From a virus, in the IMG/VR virus record IMGVR_UViG_3300025168_000068, positions 7,717 to 71,716 of that record: DNA of 64,000 nucleotides; one strand, written 5' to 3'. The notes beneath the pieces are model-generated. The model was given only the letters and a program-made list of their open reading frames with translations. It did no database searches and had not been told where the DNA came from. Positions within the stretch are counted from its first letter, which is position 1; each line of letters starts with the position of its first letter. Below, piece by piece: positions 59,509 to 64,000 of the stretch. The position numbers and the translations under genes are program-made.

Positions 59509-60420
59509 ATGGTAAACAATACATTAGAGCAAATATTAAACGTCGAAGCAGCAAAAGGTCCTTTCGGAGTAGAGGATTCAGTCTTAGAGCAAACTCTAAG
59601 AGATTTCATACAACTACAATCAAACACAATCGCTATCGCAACTGACTTAGTTGGTTCAAGAAGCGTTTCTTGGTTAGAGTTCAAGTGGTATACAGGAATA
59701 ACTGGAACATTCAGTTACCCATTAGATGATGTAGCACTAACTGACCCAACAAACATCGGAACAGCAAACTACACAACCAAACTTGAAAAAGGACAGGGTA
59801 GAGTTACTTTCCTAGATGCAGTTCGCCTTCGTGGTGAAACATGGGAGAACATTGACCGCCAACAACTTGCTATCGTAAGAGCAAGGGCTGATTTAATTGA
59901 CAACCACATTCTAGGTAAACTAGTAGGTGGCGCAGGTCAAACAGAAGCAGCAACAGCAGTATTCGGTTCGGCTAACGCAGATGAAGAATCAGACTTGTTA
60001 GATGCTATGGATAAAATCTTTGCTAACGCAAAGGTTACAGGTAACGAGCCAATGGCTCTTGTATTACCTGCTGATAAAAGGTCTGCACTTTTGAACACAA
60101 CACTATACGGAAACGTAGTTGAGTCACTAGCAGACCATTTGGCTAGAATCGCAAGCCTAAGAATCTACTACACAAGAGATTACGGTGCAACTGGCGCAAT
60201 CGGAAATGACGGATTACTATTAATTCCGGGCGCAGAAACAGCCGAGTTCTTTTCATACAACGGTGCAGGTTTCCAAGAGACAGAATTAACAAGATTGCCG
60301 GGTGTCGGTTTCGATTGGCTATTAACTTCCTACATGGGAAGCGTTATCCACGAACACCAAGACGGTGCAGCAGCAGGTAAGAACAACCGAATCTGTAAAA
60401 TTACTGGCGTAAGGGCTTAA
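59509..60420 (+). CDS. Major capsid protein (HK97 fold)
   Basis: 303 aa; position; DLLDAMDKI...PMALVLP; strongly biased codons. Confidence 0.8.
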   Translation: MVNNTLEQILNVEAAKGPFGVEDSVLEQTLRDFIQLQSNTIAIATDLVGSRSVSWLEFKWYTGITGTFSYPLDDVALTDPTNIGTANYTTKLEKGQGRVTFLDAVRLRGETWENIDRQQLAIVRARADLIDNHILGKLVGGAGQTEAATAVFGSANADEESDLLDAMDKIFANAKVTGNEPMALVLPADKRSALLNTTLYGNVVESLADHLARIASLRIYYTRDYGATGAIGNDGLLLIPGAETAEFFSYNGAGFQETELTRLPGVGFDWLLTSYMGSVIHEHQDGAAAGKNNRICKITGVRA

Positions 60421-60433
60421 GGAGGCATAACAT

Positions 60434-60850
60434 ATGCCTCAAAACCGTAAATTACAAAACTTACTTTCGGGTAAGAATGCTAGCGTATCAGCAGATGCAA
60501 CCGACGGGGCTTTACCTTTAATCTATGCAATAGAGATTGATGGTGGGGCAACTGAATCAGTTACACTTACTGTTAATAAAAAAATTAGAGTAGCAGATGT
60601 TTGGATTCAATTGAACTCAGACGGTGGTTTGGATGCAAATAACATCCAAATCTTTGATGCAACCGATACTTCACTTTGTGGCTCTATCATAACAGGAACA
60701 TCAGCAGACACAGTAATTGTTAGAGCAGCAGCATTAGCAGATAACGTAGCAACTATTAGTGCTAACGGCACTTTAAAGTTTACATCTACATCATCTAACA
60801 ACACAGCACCGGCAGTTACAGTATATGTTTTATGCTATCCAGTTGCTTAG
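60434..60850 (+). CDS. Putative minor capsid/virion protein
   Basis: Beta-rich; AGGAGG RBS after MCP. Confidence 0.55.
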   Translation: MPQNRKLQNLLSGKNASVSADATDGALPLIYAIEIDGGATESVTLTVNKKIRVADVWIQLNSDGGLDANNIQIFDATDTSLCGSIITGTSADTVIVRAAALADNVATISANGTLKFTSTSSNNTAPAVTVYVLCYPVA

Positions 60851-60870
60851 AATAACTAAAGGGATTTAAA

Positions 60871-61260
60871 ATGGAAAAACAAGAAGGGGCGAAGCCAAAG
60901 AAAGAAACTAAGGCTTCTCTAGTAAAGAAGTTAAACGCGGCTGACATACCTGTTCCTAAAGGGGCAAGTATTGAAGATATGAAACACCGTTTAAAATATT
61001 ATAAAAGTGGTGTAGGTTACTTAGTTAGACCGCATAAGTTACAATCTAAAAAATATAAAAACCATCCTATGTCATTACTTACAGATAAAAGTGGTATCTA
61101 TTGGCTACCTGCTAGTGAAATGGCGGAAAGGATAGTTAAGACTAAATTAATAGTAGTATTAATGAGAACTAACGAACCTTCAAATGACGCTACTATAATA
61201 GACATACCAACAGACTACGCGGAGAGGTTCGGATATGGCAGTAACGACAAGTCAAATTAG
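60871..61260 (+). CDS. Hypothetical protein with HeH-like N-terminus
   Basis: TKASLVKKLNAADIPVPKGASIEDM. Confidence 0.55.
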   Translation: MEKQEGAKPKKETKASLVKKLNAADIPVPKGASIEDMKHRLKYYKSGVGYLVRPHKLQSKKYKNHPMSLLTDKSGIYWLPASEMAERIVKTKLIVVLMRTNEPSNDATIIDIPTDYAERFGYGSNDKSN

Positions 61261-61666
61261 AGATTTACTTAACAGACCTAGAGGTCTTAACGAAGGAACT
61301 ATTACTGAATATATCACTATTAGAACTGCCGAGGTAAACAAAAAGGCTCGTAGGGCCGAGTTTGTAGGAGTCACAGCAGAAAACGCACCAACAGATGTGT
61401 TAAAAGAATCAGCAGTAAAAATGTTGGTTTGTGCAGACTGTCTCAAAGTATTAATAGATACTATTCCCGCATTAGTGCCTGAAAAAGATAAAGGCACATC
61501 TGATATTAGATTCGCAGCACAGTTAAAGTCATTTGAAATGGCTGCTTCTAGTGCTTTGAAAAATATAGAAGAGAAAGGTGGAACTGCTTTTAAAGTAAAG
61601 ACTACCTCTAGTAGAGTAGGTGGCACAGTCGGTAGTGCTTTGGCAGGTTCTCTCACACAAGATTGA
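61235..61666 (+). CDS. Putative head-tail adaptor
   Basis: VTTSQIRDLL...TITEYI...KESAVKMLVC; helical, post-MCP position. Confidence 0.55.
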   Translation: MAVTTSQIRDLLNRPRGLNEGTITEYITIRTAEVNKKARRAEFVGVTAENAPTDVLKESAVKMLVCADCLKVLIDTIPALVPEKDKGTSDIRFAAQLKSFEMAASSALKNIEEKGGTAFKVKTTSSRVGGTVGSALAGSLTQD

Positions 61667-61676
61667 GGGATAAGTC

Positions 61677-63020
61677 ATGGCTGATTATTACTGGAAAGGC
61701 GGAACTGATACCGAATCACAAACCGCAGGTAACTGGGTTACAGCAAGTGGTGGCTCAACACTACATACTACTATACCCGATTCTGATGATATTTTATATT
61801 TTGATGTTACAGCAACTAAAGAATGTATATTTACTGGTGACAGTGTATCATATATATCTATTACTATAAAAAACACATTTACTCATGCAGTTCAAATTAA
61901 TGGTAGTATAATTAGTCTAAACGGTCTTTGTGTAGAAAAATCAGGAATATTAAAATCTTCTACTGCTAGCATTATTAGATTTCACAGCACCCCTATTTAT
62001 AGAACTTTAAGTAGTGGAACTAACGACAATTATATTAAAATCTTAAATACTGATAAAACTTTAGACTTTAAAACATTAGGTATGTTTAGTAATTCTACTA
62101 GTAGGGCTAATTTATCTTTTTACTTTGACCCGCCTAATGGTTCTACTTTTGTTTTACAAAATGGTGTATACCCTAATATACTTATAGAATGCCTTCTTAA
62201 TAGTGTCGCTACTTTTAGTCCTCAATTTACTTATGACGTAGAAAACACTGTAGGGACAGCAGAAGATTATAATTATAATAATTTTCCTCACGTTGATATT
62301 CTTAATTTAGGTATAGATGATTCAATAACTGTTTCACCACGAACTAAAAATGTAACAGATACACAAAAAATATATAGAGTAAACGGTAGTTTAACACTTA
62401 CTAATAACACATTTAAGTGGGGATATACTGAATTACAAATAACTCCGTTCTCATCGGGCAGTAAACTACCTGTAACCGGAGAAGTTACTTACGGTAACAA
62501 TAATACATTTAACACTCAATATAAAAAATTAACTATTCTTCCTTCTTCTACGTCTAGTCATTATTTTTCTCTAGGTAATAATTTAATATTAGGTTGTGAA
62601 GAATTAGATATACAAGGTAACGCTAGATTATACGGTCCTGTATATGGCGACGGTAATTCTGCTGAAATACATATTACTAACAGACCTACTATAGACGGTG
62701 ATTGGAACTTTACACAAGTAGCAGAAGGTATATACAGAAATAATGGAACAACTACACCTAGATATTCAGTTCCTCATGGTGGAACTGGTAAAAATACTAT
62801 AACTTCTAAAGCATTATTATATGGTAACGGTCAAGGACCTTTAACCGAATTAACAATAGGTTCAGAAGGAACTGTTTTAACTGTAAATAGTGGAACACCT
62901 ACATGGCAAGCATCAACAAGTGGAACAGGTAGTGGTGGCGGAACACTTGATATAGGAGATTTAGTCCTATCAGTAGATGGGGATTCGGGGCTTATAATCA
63001 TGGGTTCATTGGTGGTTTAA
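61677..63020 (+). CDS. Virion structural/fibre protein
   Basis: YYWKGG...AGNW start; VPHGGTG...LLYGNG...GTVLTVNSGTPTW fibre motifs. Confidence 0.65.
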   Translation: MADYYWKGGTDTESQTAGNWVTASGGSTLHTTIPDSDDILYFDVTATKECIFTGDSVSYISITIKNTFTHAVQINGSIISLNGLCVEKSGILKSSTASIIRFHSTPIYRTLSSGTNDNYIKILNTDKTLDFKTLGMFSNSTSRANLSFYFDPPNGSTFVLQNGVYPNILIECLLNSVATFSPQFTYDVENTVGTAEDYNYNNFPHVDILNLGIDDSITVSPRTKNVTDTQKIYRVNGSLTLTNNTFKWGYTELQITPFSSGSKLPVTGEVTYGNNNTFNTQYKKLTILPSSTSSHYFSLGNNLILGCEELDIQGNARLYGPVYGDGNSAEIHITNRPTIDGDWNFTQVAEGIYRNNGTTTPRYSVPHGGTGKNTITSKALLYGNGQGPLTELTIGSEGTVLTVNSGTPTWQASTSGTGSGGGTLDIGDLVLSVDGDSGLIIMGSLVV

Positions 63021-63076
63021 GTGCAAGTATTATTAAACAAGTCTTATTCGATTATATTAGAAAGGAGTAGAAAGTA

Positions 63077-64000
63077 ATGGCACTAACAAGCAACAAAAAT
63101 CTTTTTACTGCGACTACTACTCAAAGAGCAGGTGTTACACCTACTAAAGAGCAAATATTTTTAGACACTAATACAGGCTCGGCTGCTAACGGTTTGTTTA
63201 TCGGTGATGGTTCAGTAGCAGGTGGTAGAGCAGCAGATGTTAGACCGCTAGAAACAAAAAATGCTAATTATACATTTACTAGAGCAGACGAAGCACGAAT
63301 GGTTATACATACTAATTCTTCTACATATACATACACAATACCTACTTATGCTTCCGTTCCTTTTCCAATAGGTTTAACTGAATTACAGGTTATGAATGAA
63401 GGTAGCGGTAATATTACTATTGCTACTGACGCGGGAACAGTTGTTAGTCTTGTAGGACAAGGAGTTAGTAATGCGGGAACAGGTGGAACCTTTACTCTAA
63501 CACAGAATCAAAAAGTTTTCTTGAGACAAAGTGCAGTTCAAGATACTTGGATTGCATATCAAAATAATGCTACAGGGCCAACGGGACCACAAGGTGCGAC
63601 AGGTGCAGCAGGTCCTCCCGGTCCAACCGGCGGTGCGGGTCCTCCCGGTCCAACAGGTTCAACCGGACCTACAGGTCCTACGGGGCCACAAGGTTCTCAA
63701 GGAATACAAGGGGTAACAGGTTCAGTAGGACCGACAGGTTCGGCAGCAGGTGTAGGAACACCAACTATTACAACGGGTACTTTAGGGGTAAATGTAAGTG
63801 GGCCGAACACGGCAAAAGTGTTTGAGTTTACGGTGCCTTTAGGTCCGGGCGGTCCTATAGGTCCGGCAGGTACTAGAGTAGGTTTAGTTTGGAAGTTTTC
63901 TACTACTGTAACAGAAGCCGACCCCGGTTCAGGGTTTATGAGATTTGACAATGCTACATTCGCTAACATTACTGAAATATTTATAGATGAAGAAGATGCA
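63077..64000 (+). CDS. Collagen-like fibre protein (3' truncated by the window)
   Basis: ATG 63077, open to the window end; [10 protein letters not shown]...; 19 Gly-X-Y triplets at 63575-63745; not in the ORF track. Confidence 0.85.
   Translation, partial: MALTSNKNLFTATTTQRAGVTPTKEQIFLDTNTGSAANGLFIGDGSVAGGRAADVRPLETKNANYTFTRADEARMVIHTNSSTYTYTIPTYASVPFPIGLTELQVMNEGSGNITIATDAGTVVSLVGQGVSNAGTGGTFTLTQNQKVFLRQSAVQDTWIAYQNNATGPTGPQGATGAAGPPGPTGGAGPPGPTGSTGPTGPTGPQGSQGIQGVTGSVGPTGSAAGVGTPTITTGTLGVNVSGPNTAKVFEFTVPLGPGGPIGPAGTRVGLVWKFSTTVTEADPGSGFMRFDNATFANITEIFIDEEDA

Larger units (their letters stand above)
1..64000. mobile_element. Tailed archaeal virus genome segment (probable Marine Group II euryarchaeal virus, magrovirus-like)
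   Basis: TerL, portal, prohead protease, HK97-type MCP, tail tube, TAC and TMP together with archaeal-type PolB, AEP primase, RFC, RPA-like, ERCC4 and MCM-like genes plus a chaperonin; no cellular housekeeping genes. Confidence 0.85.

Noticed and set aside
605-63969. Many opposite-strand or nested ORFs in the track (e.g. 5236-5679, 18721-19164, 44704-45084, 51542-51904, 61252-61656)
   Set aside because: Shadow frames of well-supported genes, without RBS or motifs
1-64000. tRNA/rRNA genes, integrase, reverse transcriptase/DGR, inteins in PolB or TerL
   Set aside because: No cloverleaf, recombinase, RT or intein signatures seen; PolB and TerL lengths leave no room for inteins
1-64000. Bacteriophage assignment because of GroEL/GroES and DUF932
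   Set aside because: Replication genes, TATA-like promoters and GGTGA RBSs point to an archaeal host
1-64000. Alternative genetic code or stop-codon readthrough
   Set aside because: Core genes are full length under the standard code and all three stops are used

Overview
This window is most of the genome of a tailed (HK97-fold, siphovirus-like) dsDNA virus with archaeal-type machinery. It best matches viruses of Marine Group II Euryarchaeota (Poseidoniales; 'magroviruses'); the host is inferred from gene content, GGTGA/GGAGG RBSs and TATA-like promoters, not proven. Layout: tail module (+, 1-15068); replication/chaperone module (-, 15061-33686: ERCC4 nuclease, PriS-PriL primase, Cas4-like nuclease, PolB, PCNA-like clamp, RecA/RadA-like ATPase, GroEL/GroES, RPA-like SSB, RFC, MCM-like ATPase, PAC2-like protein); many small early genes (-, 33891-46705); a 1.6-kb repeat-rich non-coding hub (46706-48319); three orphan genes (+, 48320-50387); terminase block (-, 50627-53946); head module (+, 54262-64000). 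No integrase, tRNA or CRISPR array was seen. The most unusual signals are: two homologous ~190-225 bp elements in inverted orientation ahead of the replication and head operons, sharing a GCAGTATAGCG box with the repeat hub; about 26 TTTTGTAAC(C/T) repeats; a CCCTTTA -1 frameshift site; non-canonical PolB motifs; a PAC2-like protein; and apparent genome-wide avoidance of GATC, AGCT and CCWGG. All protein calls come from reading motifs by eye, with no database search.
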